Assembly (NCBI GenBank): GCA_002104945.1
Contig: MCFH01000003.1
Coordinates: 1,589,769-1,653,768 of the forward strand
Direction: 5' to 3'
DNA from: Piromyces finnis finn
Lineage: Eukaryota; Fungi; Neocallimastigomycota
Length of the DNA stretch: 64,000 bases
The position numbers and the translations under genes are program-made. Of the stretch, positions 52,720 through 64,000 are shown piece after piece (position 1 is the first letter of the stretch; every line of letters starts with the position of its first letter). The notes beneath the pieces are model-generated. The model had not been told where the DNA came from. It saw only the letters and a program-made list of their open reading frames with translations, and searched no databases.

Positions 52720-55005
52720 TCAAATGTTAGATTTAATAATAATATCGCTACATACTGCATTATTATTATTAGTTTTATATTGCTGTGAAGATGCTGAATC
52801 ACTTATATTACTTCTTTCATCATTTCCATAATTTAGATTTCTTTTATTTTTAAAAAATACATATAGTACTGCTAAAACAATGAATATTAAGCATGCAATA
52901 TTTAGAACTATTATAATTATTAATTTAATATTAGTGCTCTTTGTTTCTAATAAAGGATTATTAGCAATATACCTTTTGATAATGAATTTAAAATTATTAA
53001 TATGTTAGCTAAACAATGAAATTTTAATAAGATATAATATAATATAAAATGATATTTATCTATTTTTATGTTAAAATAAATGAAATTAATTACAATTTTA
53101 TATTCGATTTTTGGATTTCTTTCGGAACGGATCCACTCAAGTTATTATTAGATAAATTTCTATTTAAATTGAAAAATAAAGTTTTTAGTAACGTAGTAAA
53201 AGAACAAAAGGTAAATATATATATATATATTTATTTATAAAAATGATAAAATGTTATAATAATAATTACAAATTTTTTAATTTTGTCAATTTTGCAAGTT
53301 CAGGTGGTATGGAGCCAGTTAAATTGTTATAAGATAAATCTCTAATATCATATTAAAAATATATAATTAAATAAAATTATTTTATTTTATTTAATAATTG
53401 TGGCATTTCGTAATATATCTATTTCTTATTTTATGATTAAAGAGTTATTTATGAATTACAAGTATTCTAAATTTGATAAATTTGAAAGTTCTGGTAGGAT
53501 CACACCAGTTAACTCATTGTTGGATAAATATCTATTTCAAATGAAATTTATATATAAAAAAAACTAACATTTTAACAAAAATAAACTGGTTTAATAGATA
53601 GGAATATTATTAAAAAATTAGATTACAAAGATTTTAATGTTGATAACTTTGCAAATTCTGGTGATATAGAATCAGCTAATTTATTACTAGATAATTTTCT
53701 ATTTCAAAATGAAAATATAAATATTTATGAATAAAAGTAATAAATTATAACAAATTTTTTATATTTTACTTTAATATAAATTTAAATACAAAATTTCCAA
53801 GTTTTTTAAATTTTCAAGTTCAGGCGGAATATCACCAGTTATTTCATTAGAATTTAAACATCTTTTAAATTAAAATAATAAATGAATCATAAGAAAATAT
53901 TTTTCAATTATAACTATATTAAAAGTTATTTTTTTAATTCATTACAATTCTTTTAATTTTGATAAATTTCCTAATGAAGAAGGGATTGAACCTGTTATAT
54001 TATGTCCTTGTATCGACCTTTTTTTTTATTTTTTTAAAAAAAAAAATAAATTAAAATAAAAAAAATCGGAATAAAAACTTTATTAAAAAAATAATAATAT
54101 TAATAATAATTTTTTTTCCTAAATACTAATATTTTAACAATTACAAATATTCCAAATTCGATAATTTTCCAAGTTCTGGTGGTATGGAATCAGTTAAATT
54201 ACCCCCACGTATTAATCTATTATAAATATAATTAAAATATTTATTTCAATAATAAAAATATATATAAATAATAAATTATTTCTTTTAATACAAATATTCC
54301 AGATTTAATAAATTTCCAAGTTCAGGTGGAATGGAACCATTTAAATTATTACTACGTATGTGTCTATTTGAAATAATGATATAATAATAAAATTAAAGCT
54401 TAATAAGTAAATGTTTATCAATGATAAATAATAAATTATTTGCATCAATACAAATATTTTAAATTAGCCAAGTTTCCAATTTCTGGTGGTATAGAGAACG
54501 GTTTAATACTATTTATATGAAGAATTCTTTTTTTTTTTTTTTTTTTTTTTGATAAAAATATAAAAATATTAATAAAAATATATACAATTATTGAATTGAA
54601 AAGATTTAAATTTTGGTTATTAAAAAAATTGTTTTTAAATAAAGTCATTTAAATCTATTTTTTTTATCTATAAGTAAAATAAACAGAATAAATAAGGGAA
54701 ATATAAAATAATACTTATACCATTGTATAAAAAAATTCTATACTATTTTTTTTAATATTTTAAAAGTAAATACTGAACATTATTTAAAAATAAGAATTCG
54801 GTTTGTTTTAAAACAAAATATATCCTATAATTCATTACATTTTAGTGATATGACCATCAGAACAAGTAACTTCTTGACAACAATTGTATGTTTGATCTTT
54901 TTGTAATAATTTATTTGCTATAGAACATTCTTCATTAATAGTACTTTGTGAAGAAATACATTTTATTGTAGTAATAAGAGTAATTAATAGAAATGATATG
55001 TTCAT
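52720..55005 (-). CDS. LRR receptor-like protein B (signal peptide, Cys cap, 9 LRR exons, TM, short tail; 354 aa)
   Basis: Exons 55005..54839, 54526..54452, 54363..54292, 54216..54145, 54017..53946, 53861..53790, 53698..53627, 53531..53460, 53341..53270, 53159..53094, 52972..52720. All phase 2, 1065 nt open. Confidence 0.88.
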
Positions 55006-55859
55006 AATTTATATATTTATTTATATATTTATTTAAAGAGATGCATTATAAAATTGAGTACTTTTAACCTAATAGATTTTCAATAAAAAAAAATTAAGCT
55101 TTTTAAAGTAAAAACTATTTTTAGTAATAAAAAAAAATGGCATTAAAAAAAAGGTGTATTGAAAGTTAAATAGTTATTCGGTACATTATAAAGACTTAAA
55201 AAAATAATTATATATAGATATATTTTTAGTTTTAAAATGAAATTAAAAATATGTAATAGTATAAATTTTTTGGAAAAAAAATAAAGTTTATTTTTTTGAA
55301 GTGCTTTAAAGCTGCTTTACAAAGTTGTGATAAAAATGAATAATTATTAAAATTTATTATTGATGAATTAGTATATATCCTAGATTTTGGAAGGGTTTTT
55401 TTAGGCAGAATTTTGGCCAGGCAAATTTTTTGTCTGGCTAAAAAAATTACCTACAGATTTAAAAATTATGATATTGTTATGTCTTTTTTATAAAATAATA
55501 TATACTTTTAATTTTTTTTCAAAGAATAATTATTAATACATTTTATTCTATATATACTATATAATAGTTTTTATAAATTCTTATTAACAGATAGTATTAT
55601 TTATTAAATTTGTAATTTATTATTTTTTTATGGCTATAGTTTATAGTGAAAAAACAAAAATACGTTAAAGAAAAATATTATCATTGTTAATTTTAATATA
55701 TATATAATAATTTATAATATAATGAAAAAGACTAATATTTTCATTATAAAATAAGATAATAAAAAGTAAAATATAAATGTATAAAATTCGTTTTTTTTTT
55801 TTTTAATAAAGTTGAACTTCTTCCTTCTCGTAATTATTAATTTTAATAATAATATTACA

Positions 55860-57090
55860 TAATAATATTACTATATATATTTCATTATTATTAATACTTT
55901 TATGTTACTGATGATTTCCTTATATCTCTATTAAGTTATTTCTCTGATTCGTATTATTTTTTCTATTTTTAAAATACATATACCATTACTAAAACAATAA
56001 ATAATACACATACAGTAATGGTACTTAATATGATTACTAGTTTTATATTAATACTTTCAATTTCATTTGTTTTATTGTTTAGTAGGTATCTTTTAAAATA
56101 AAAAGAATATTTATTTTTTTAATTATTATAAAAATAATTTTTAATAATAATTTTTTTAATCCATTACAATTATAATTGCATTAATTTTGACAAAGTTCCT
56201 AATGAAGAAGGGATTGAACCTGTTATTAGACTAAATTGAATCCATCTTTTTTTCTATTATTATTATTATTAATTTTTATATAAAAATTTATTAAATATTT
56301 TTTTTCATACTATAATACTTTAATTATTACAAATATTTCAAATTTGATAAATTCCCAAGTTCATGTGGTATTAGACCAGTTAAATTATTTTCATACAAGT
56401 GTCTATTTCAAATATTATTAAAAACAAAATAAAACTATTAATGATTATTCCAACGCTTATTTCAATAAGTATTAAATATATATAATAAATCATATCTATT
56501 AATACAAATTTTCCAAATTTGTTAAATTTCCAAGTTCTGATGGGATATGACCGGTTAATTTTCCACTTATTTCCTATTTCGAATTATATTGATATAAACT
56601 CTTAATACACAGCAATTTATTTATAATGATAAATAATAAATTATGTTAATTATTACAAATATTTTAAATTAGTTAAAATCTTAATTTCAGGTGGTATAGA
56701 AATTAAAGGACTAGCATTGACATATACATTTCTTTTTTTTAATAGAAATATAAATATTAATATATATATAATAAAATAAATAAAAAAAAAGTTTGAATTT
56801 ACATTAGAAGTTATTCATATAGCCATATAACCATATAACCATTTAAAAAATTAAAATATGTTTTATATTTTTAAATAAAATAAATAAAAGAAACACAAAT
56901 GAAAAAAGAATCTTATTAATATGTAGTATTATTAAGACTATAATTATTTAATAAAAAGAAACGTAGTATAATTATAATTATTAATTAAACTACTTCATTA
57001 ACATTTTTACATTTAATAAAAAGTAAAAACTAGATTTTGTTTCATATAAGAAATTTAGTTTACATTATTTATTACAGTTTAGTGATATGA
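55860..57090 (-). pseudogene. LRR receptor-like gene C, pseudogenised
   Basis: Only the HITKL end of exon 1 remains (57090..57077). LRR exons 56731..56657, 56573..56506 (68 nt, frameshift), 56402..56331, and 56245..56174 (donor GTAATT mutated to ATAATT). The TM exon starts at 56089 and has a small deletion giving a stop just after the TM. Confidence 0.82.
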
Positions 57091-57413
57091 AAAAAAAAAG
57101 TATATTTTTAACTTTTTAAAAGTAGAACTTTAAGTCGTGACAGAAATGGATAATTATTAAATTTTATTATTAAGTTTTTTTTTATAAATGTATTAACAAA
57201 GAAAAGAATGTGTATTAATAAATTTTATTCAATATCCAAATTTCATTATACTCTTCTTTGACAAAAAAAAATTTTTTTAATAATAACAACTTTAAGGTAA
57301 AAAAAAAAAACTTTATAAGTATTAAATTAAACCAAGGATATTTATGAATAATCATCATTTTTGATAAAAAAAACTATGAAACTATGGAACTTTTTTATTT
57401 TTTTTTTTATTAA

Positions 57414-59099
57414 TTAAAAAAAAGATTTAGGATGAGAAGGATGTTTTGTTAATAGTATTTCTTTTATTAAGGCATCTTCAATAGCTTGATACCTTTTAGT
57501 ATTAAGTTGTTTTAAAAGATGATCATATACATCAAATGTATTACTTAATATCATGTTAGATATTTCAGATGTAAATCCATTAATATAAGAAATACCCATG
57601 TCATTTTCTATTATAGGAATTGTTGGGGTTGTGGTTGTATTTGATTCATCGCCTTGAAGATTCCAAACAATTAATTTTGGTAAGGTGTAGCCCATTGCCT
57701 CAAATTTAATTTTCATTGTTTCAAAAAAGGCTTTTGTCGGTTTCTCCGACTTATTTCCTATACTAATTTTTTGATCAAATATATTGTTGGATAGAAGAAG
57801 AAGAGTTGAAGGAAGTTCTTCTCTACCTAAATGATGATCCATGGCATGTTTTAATATCAAATGATAAACTTCTTCAAGATTACAATTTTCTTCAAATTGA
57901 TAGGAATGTAAAAACTCTAATTTTTCTTTTAAATTCGTACAGGTTTTCAAATCAATGAAATGTGGATTGGAATTAAAGGTAATATAATGATTTTTAAAAT
58001 GGGGTCCTGAAAATCTTTCGGAAAAATAAAGGGTAAAAGCATGAGCTATTTCCATACATGTAATAGCTTTTGATACCTTATCCTTTAACATCCTTTGTGA
58101 ATTATCGGTAATACAAATTGTATAACCATTACCATTATTACCGTCCATCTCTTCCTTATGGAATAAATTTTTCCAAAGAAGTTCCAACCTATTATTTCTT
58201 TTTACCTTACTATCCGTTGTATTAGTCTGGTATTCATGAACAATTTCATGAGGTAATAATTTAAACATCTTTTCTGCTACTTTTTCTTCTTCTTCTTCTT
58301 CTTTTATTTTGGTTAGATAGGCAATTCTTCTCTCTTCATCATGTTTAAGAAAAGCTTTCTGATATTTAAAATTGGCTTTAAAAGGAACAATGGAATAATC
58401 AATGTTATTCCATTTTTTAGCACTTAAATCAACTTCTACAATTTTTAGATAGGATCTTAGAGTCGATAACGTTTTACGGTATTGTCGTTCTGTCATTTTT
58501 AACTTTTGTATTAGTTGATGGGCTAATTTTTTGGTTTCTTTTGATGAGGTATTGACCGATGGCATCCATTTGGCACAAAGTGATATAGCATTTTTTCTAT
58601 TATTCATTTTCATATTACGTTTATCTTTTTCTAATTGGTTTTTAATTAGGGCTACCACATCATCTTCTAAAGGACTTTGCATAAAACTTAAAATATCATC
58701 CCAACGACCATAGTCTGGTATTAAAGGTAAAACAATTTTTGCTACTTCTAAATGTTCTTTTATTACATAGTTAAAACAACTACGAAATAACCTTCTTTCC
58801 CCTTCCTTACCCTGACCATTCCTTTTTCTACAATCTCTAATGTAAAATAACCATTTCATTGCATGTATCCTATTCTCTTGATAAACTTTTGAAAAATGTT
58901 CTTGAATCGTAGATTCTTTCATTTTTCTCATAGATAAAATGGAATAATTCATGGTAATTAATTCTTTTCCTTTGGCTGTTGTTGTTGTTGTTGTTGTTGT
59001 TGCTGCTGCTGCTGCTGTTGACGATGTCGTTTCCATTGTCTGTATTATTGTATCATTTATAGTCACTGAATTATTATTATTATTATTATTTGTAGTCAT
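57414..59099 (-). CDS. DUF2828-family (TROVE-like helical + vWA) protein with degenerate MIDAS, intronless
   Basis: Family motifs LFYIRD.R...GERRLFR, LIPDYGRWDDI, SLCAKWMPS, ERQYRKTL..LR, IDYS.VP, AFLKHD, LPHEIV, ITFNSNP, GYTLPKLIVWNL. DxSxS reads DNSQR. Confidence 0.85.
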   Translation of the reverse strand: MTTNNNNNNNSVTINDTIIQTMETTSSTAAAAATTTTTTTTAKGKELITMNYSILSMRKMKESTIQEHFSKVYQENRIHAMKWLFYIRDCRKRNGQGKEGERRLFRSCFNYVIKEHLEVAKIVLPLIPDYGRWDDILSFMQSPLEDDVVALIKNQLEKDKRNMKMNNRKNAISLCAKWMPSVNTSSKETKKLAHQLIQKLKMTERQYRKTLSTLRSYLKIVEVDLSAKKWNNIDYSIVPFKANFKYQKAFLKHDEERRIAYLTKIKEEEEEEKVAEKMFKLLPHEIVHEYQTNTTDSKVKRNNRLELLWKNLFHKEEMDGNNGNGYTICITDNSQRMLKDKVSKAITCMEIAHAFTLYFSERFSGPHFKNHYITFNSNPHFIDLKTCTNLKEKLEFLHSYQFEENCNLEEVYHLILKHAMDHHLGREELPSTLLLLSNNIFDQKISIGNKSEKPTKAFFETMKIKFEAMGYTLPKLIVWNLQGDESNTTTTPTIPIIENDMGISYINGFTSEISNMILSNTFDVYDHLLKQLNTKRYQAIEDALIKEILLTKHPSHPKSFF

Positions 59100-59429
59100 G
59101 GATATTTTTTTATTTTTATTCCTATCTTTATTTAAAATAATGTATTACTTTTTTTTTTTTTACAAAAATATTTGAATTTTAAAAAATCATTTAACAGTTA
59201 TAAAAGTATAAATATATATATATACATATATATACATACATACATACATAACATACATACATATTATATTTTTTTTAATTTATAAATTAAATATTGGATT
59301 ATAAGTTTATAATTAAATATTGTCTTTTTTTTTTTTTTTTTTTTAATTATAAAATCAATAGGAATGACCATAAATTTTATTTTATTTTTGTTCATTTGGT
59401 AAATAATAATAAAGATGATAATAAAGATG

Positions 59430-59464
<35 letters not shown>

Positions 59465-59759
59465 TTTTTTCTAGTATAATCAAGGATTAATTAAGGACAG
59501 TAAATACTTTAATTTTTTTTTTAAATTTAAAATTCAATTATATTAAACATTTTTTTTAAAAATATGTAAATACATAATACTTTTATATTATATATGTATA
59601 ACTTTTTATAATTTTTTTTAAATATTTATATTTTTATAAAATGTTCATAATCTACAGAATGACCAAATTCTTCTTAATAAATCAAAATTTTTTAAAACTT
59701 TTTTTGTATTTATATAATAAATATCTATTATTAAAATAAAATTGTACCAGTTTTCTACC

Positions 59760-60271
59760 TAAGAAAACCACTATGATACTTTAGTATAATAATTGTATTT
59801 GACTTCCAATGGGACACCGAGTCAAAGATCAAAATTTTGTTATGGAACAAAATTATGATCTCCATTGGTTGCGCTTCTCTCCTGGCCTGTCTTACTCTCT
59901 TGGCTGTTGTTTCAAACCTTTTGAACATTGACCAATACTGAACAATACCCAAAGGCATGATTTTGGTTAGAAGTTCCACTGTTACCGTCAAGAATAATGT
60001 TCCTTCAACCGTGCTCGATTGAATCTAACATTTGTAAAGTTCTTTCTATTCCCTTGAATTGTAATTGATATTATTAAAACTTCTCCCAAGAAGGAATTTA
60101 AATATTTTATTACACTAGAATAATCATACACATTAATATTAACTAAATTACTATCTAAATTAGAATTATTAATTTATACAATATATTCCTACTTGTATCC
60201 ATTTCTTGCTTTCAATAGCCAGTAGAAACCATAGGTACTCATAATATAATTTAATATAATCTTTAGTTTCA
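59760..60271 (-). mobile_element. Truncated, internally deleted 3' fragment of LINE family 2
   Basis: Clear similarity to 60451..60860, ~60887..60917 and ~61270..61365 of the adjacent element, with large internal deletions and substitutions. Confidence 0.88.
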
Positions 60272-60450
60272 TTTTTTTTTTTTTTTTTTAACGGCATCAA
60301 ATATTTTAAACTTTATTATTAATTTAATTAAAATTATAAACATGTAATATAAAAAATTAAAAATAAAAATAAAAATAAAAAAAAATATGTTTAAATAAAC
60401 ACAAATGAATAAAAATTGGGTATAATGTATTCTAGTAATTTTAATTAAAG

Positions 60451-63400
60451 TAAGAAAGCCACTATTATACTAAAGTATAATAATTGTATTTGACTTCCAA
60501 TGGGACACCGAGCCAAAGATCAAAATTTTATCATGGAACAAAATTATGATCTCCATTGCTTGCGCTGGCCCTCCTGGCCTGTCTTACTGTTTCTTCAGCA
60601 TTGACGCTCTTGGATGTTGCTTCAAACCTTTTGAACATTGACCATTGCTGGCCAATAGCAAAAGGCATGATTTTGGTTAGAAGTTCCGCGGTTACCGTCA
60701 AGAATGGTGTTCCTTCATTAGTACCAGATTGAATCTGACGCTTACAAAGTTCTTTCCATTCCCTTGAATTGTAATTAATATTGTTAAAACTTCTTCCCCC
60801 AAGAAGGAATTTAAATATTTTACTGCACACACTAGAATAATCATACACATTAATATTCACCGGATTATTAGAACTATTACTATCATTAACTAAATTACTA
60901 TCTAAATTAGAATTATTATCATCACTATTGCTATCATTACTAATATTATTATTTCTATTACTACTATTGTTATTATTACTATTGTTACTATTACTATTGT
61001 TATTACTACTATTGTTACTATTACTATTAATGTTATTGCTATCTCTACTGATATTAACATTTTCATTATTATTGATAGGACTATTGGAATTACGTTGACT
61101 GAAAAAATTTAATAGATGGACTATAGAATCATAATGTTTAATACGGATATCTCTAAATGTTGGACAATCTAATAACCAATGTTTAATACTTTGATCTCCA
61201 CACTTACAACATGGACAGTAGTTAGGACAAACTGGATCAACAAATTTAGCAGCTTTGGCAACTCTAGCATCCAACTTGTATCCGCTTCTTGCTTTCAATA
61301 GCCAGTAGAAGCCATAGGCAAACTCTGGGTATTCATAACATAATTTAATAAAATCTTTTGTTTCAATAAATTTATTATCATCATAATATTGCGCTTTGAT
61401 TGAATTCCCTTTGAGATCTTTCCAATAAAAGTTTTTAACTGCTTTAACATCTCCATGTTTCTTTAGTTTTTTATCAAGTGTCCTACTTGATTTGCACCAC
61501 GTGTATTTTCTAAATTTAGGAATGTAATTGACAAGGTGTGAGATAATACAATTTGAGTTTTTCCATTTGTTAAAACATCTAACCTGAGCTAACGCACATT
61601 TGGCTGACAATGGAGGAATATTCAAATCTTTTGAGATAGAGTATAAAGATATAAACGATACAGCTTTATGAACTCCGGCAACCCATCGTATTCCTTTGTT
61701 AACATGTTTCTGAGCAATCCTAGACCTAGCTTTGTTGGATCCAAGTAATGGTGCAAAGTATGAAACTCTGCTAATCACTTGTGAGTTAAGTACTAGCTTT
61801 TTGAAAGGAATAGGAATATTAGGATTTCTTAAGAATTTACTGACTGAAAAAAGTCCTTTCAAAACTTTGTTATTAAGAATTTTAATAACTGGTTTAAGGG
61901 ACAGATTCTTATCAAATGGAACACCAAGATAAGTATAACAATCAGTAGTTGGAATGGGTTGTCCTGCTAAGTAAAATGTTGGATCTCTCTTGTTCTGATT
62001 TTCTATTGATTCAGGACGAATCACCATCGTTGAACATTTCTGGATACCAAATTCCATTTCATTATACAAGGCCCATTCATTAACTCTTCTAAGCATCTTT
62101 TTTAAGCATCCTCTTGTTGGAGCACAAATAACTATATCATCTGCAAAAAGTCCACCACAGCATCGAGTGTCACCTAAACTGACTCCGAGATCTTCACACT
62201 CTTTAAATATATCATTAATAAAGAGATTAAAGAGAATAGGAGAAAGAGGGCATCCTTGACGGACTCCTTTCTTCACATCAAAAGATTTCGAGAATTGTCC
62301 ATCTAATTTGACATTAGCCTTAGATGTTAAATATAAATTTTTGATGAATTGTAAACTCTTACCTCGGATTCCTAAACAATCTAATTTATGGAGAATATTA
62401 CCGATTGGGACTGAATCGTATGCTTTCCTGAGATCTAAAAAGGCCAAATATGTCTCTTTATTATCTAATTGACGTCTACGGCATATTTCTTGGATTGAAA
62501 TGAAAAGACTGATACTTTCTTCCTTTTTTCGAAAACCAAATTGTTCAGGTCTAATGAAATTATTCTTTAGACCATATTCTGAGATTCTAGTGGTGACAAT
62601 TTTGGAAATCAACTTAATACCATTATTGATAAGTGATATACCTCGATAGTTATCACAATCTGTCAAATCTCCCTTCTTAGGAATAGAAACAATACTGGAT
62701 TCATTCCATGAGTTGGGGAAATCTCCATCCCAAATACGGTTGAATAATTTAAGAATAAAATTTAAACCATGAGCATCATTATCTGAAGTAGTATTACCAG
62801 AAGAATTATTACCTGTAGCATTATTAGAATCATTACTTGATGGAACTAATGCTTTGTAAAATTCAATTGGAATACCATCTGGACCTGATGCTTTATAATT
62901 TGGAGTAGTGAGGATAGCTGACTTGACTTCATCAATACTAATATCTTGGTTGATATCCCACTCATCAAGCATAGGAAGTGAAAAACGTTTATTCGTTGGT
63001 TCTTCATACCAATGCTCCAAATCAAGACTTACACCACTTGGATCTGATGCAAGGTTTTCGAAATGATCATGCCACACTTCAAGTTGTTCTTCCGTAGCAA
63101 CAACTAATTCTCCATTTTTATTTTTAATTGGTTGAGCAATAAAGAAAGAATCTTTTCCAATTTTTGCAGTTTTCTTGATCCATTTCCAGGCCTTCTTAGG
63201 ATTATGACTCTTCATATACTCACATCCTGTTTTAATCCAATGAAGATATTCTTGCTTCCTAAATTCATTACATCTTTTGTGGATGTAATCAATGAGCTTA
63301 CGGTAGATTTTAATTCTTTTAATAAATTCATCTATATCATAAATTCTTTCTTTTTTAAATCTCTTATACAACTTCATTTTGATTTTTTGAAGATTAAAAA

Positions 63401-64000
63401 TTTGTTGTGAAATATGAAATGAAGACTTTATAACATTATTTGCTGAGGTAATAGTGAGCTCGTCTGCAATTGAAAAAGCAGTTGAAGTAAACTCTTTGGA
63501 AAGTTCATCTGTAGAAACATTAGGATCGTTGAATTTTGCTTAAAGTATTTGGAATTTATTATGACTGAGAATAGATTCCTTTTCCTCAATACATTTTAAT
63601 CTATTCCATTTCAGAATTTTCTTAGGAACATTAAAGTCATTAGAAAAATCTTCCATAGGAATAATTTTACCATTAATAAGAAGTGGCTTATGGTCTGATA
63701 CTGGATAAAAATTATTTATAAATGATCCTGAGTGAATAAGATCTTTCATCTTCGAATTGATAAGAGCATGGTCAATGTCGGAAGATTGATCACCTCGAGT
63801 CCAAGAGATAGTAGACCCTCTAAGCGGAAGAATTTCCCAATCTCCTAATCCATTAGTTGATAACCAGTTGGATAATTTTACTTTAGACATATTAAAATCA
63901 CCAACAAGAATCGATGGATGGGATGAATGAGTTTGTAACCACAAGCGAACTTCTAACTTTGCATGATCAACATAGATGTTGTGATGACTATGAGGCATAT
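60451..64000 (-). mobile_element. Non-LTR retrotransposon (APE-RT LINE, family 2), 5' part outside the window
   Basis: ORF 63998..63540 (APE: LVGDFN, SDIDH, SDHKP) and ORF 63377..60531 (RT: NYRGISL, FLDLRKAYDSV, GVRQGCPLSP, LFADD; CPCC..HWLLDC) are in the same frame, separated by one TAA at 63542..63540. Confidence 0.93.

Noticed and set aside
55416-55438. GC-rich hairpin GCCAGGCAAA/TTTGTCTGGC between LRR genes B and C (Helitron-like end?)
   Set aside because: No properly placed CTRR terminus or matching 5' end was found, and it is a single short stem.
50600-56750. Regularly spaced conserved ~30-nt cores (AAGTTCWGGTGG...) with variable spacers, superficially CRISPR-like
   Set aside because: The cores are IPPELG-coding parts of spliced LRR exons with GT-AG boundaries; there are no cas genes and the context is eukaryotic.

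Overview
Extremely AT-rich, intron-containing eukaryotic DNA with long poly-A/T tracts and GT-AG introns. It is most consistent with an anaerobic gut fungus (Neocallimastigomycota); this is inferred from composition and gene content, not proven. The left half (1-31 kb) is mostly housekeeping: a probable securin, SmB, a UBTD1/2-like protein, a Bsd2-like adaptor, a very large Asn-rich RING-H2 protein, a multi-exon orphan that may be FANCB-like, and an aldo-keto reductase. The right half (31.6-64 kb) is accessory. It holds an apparently full-length but decayed APE-RT LINE with a candidate target-site duplication and a structured 5' leader, two small secreted proteins (one GPI-anchored with an agrin-NtA-like domain), and decayed large intronless genes with 11-aa repeats. 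It also holds an intronless DUF2828/vWA gene and a second LINE family. The most striking system is absent from the ORF track: a tandem cluster of plant-type LRR receptor-like genes on the minus strand (two intact, one pseudogene, one orphan cassette). Each LRR is a separate phase-2 exon of about 72 nt, and the cluster shows exon gain/loss, mosaic exons and a gene-conversion tract. All exon structures were assembled by hand; family assignments rest on remembered motifs, with no database search.
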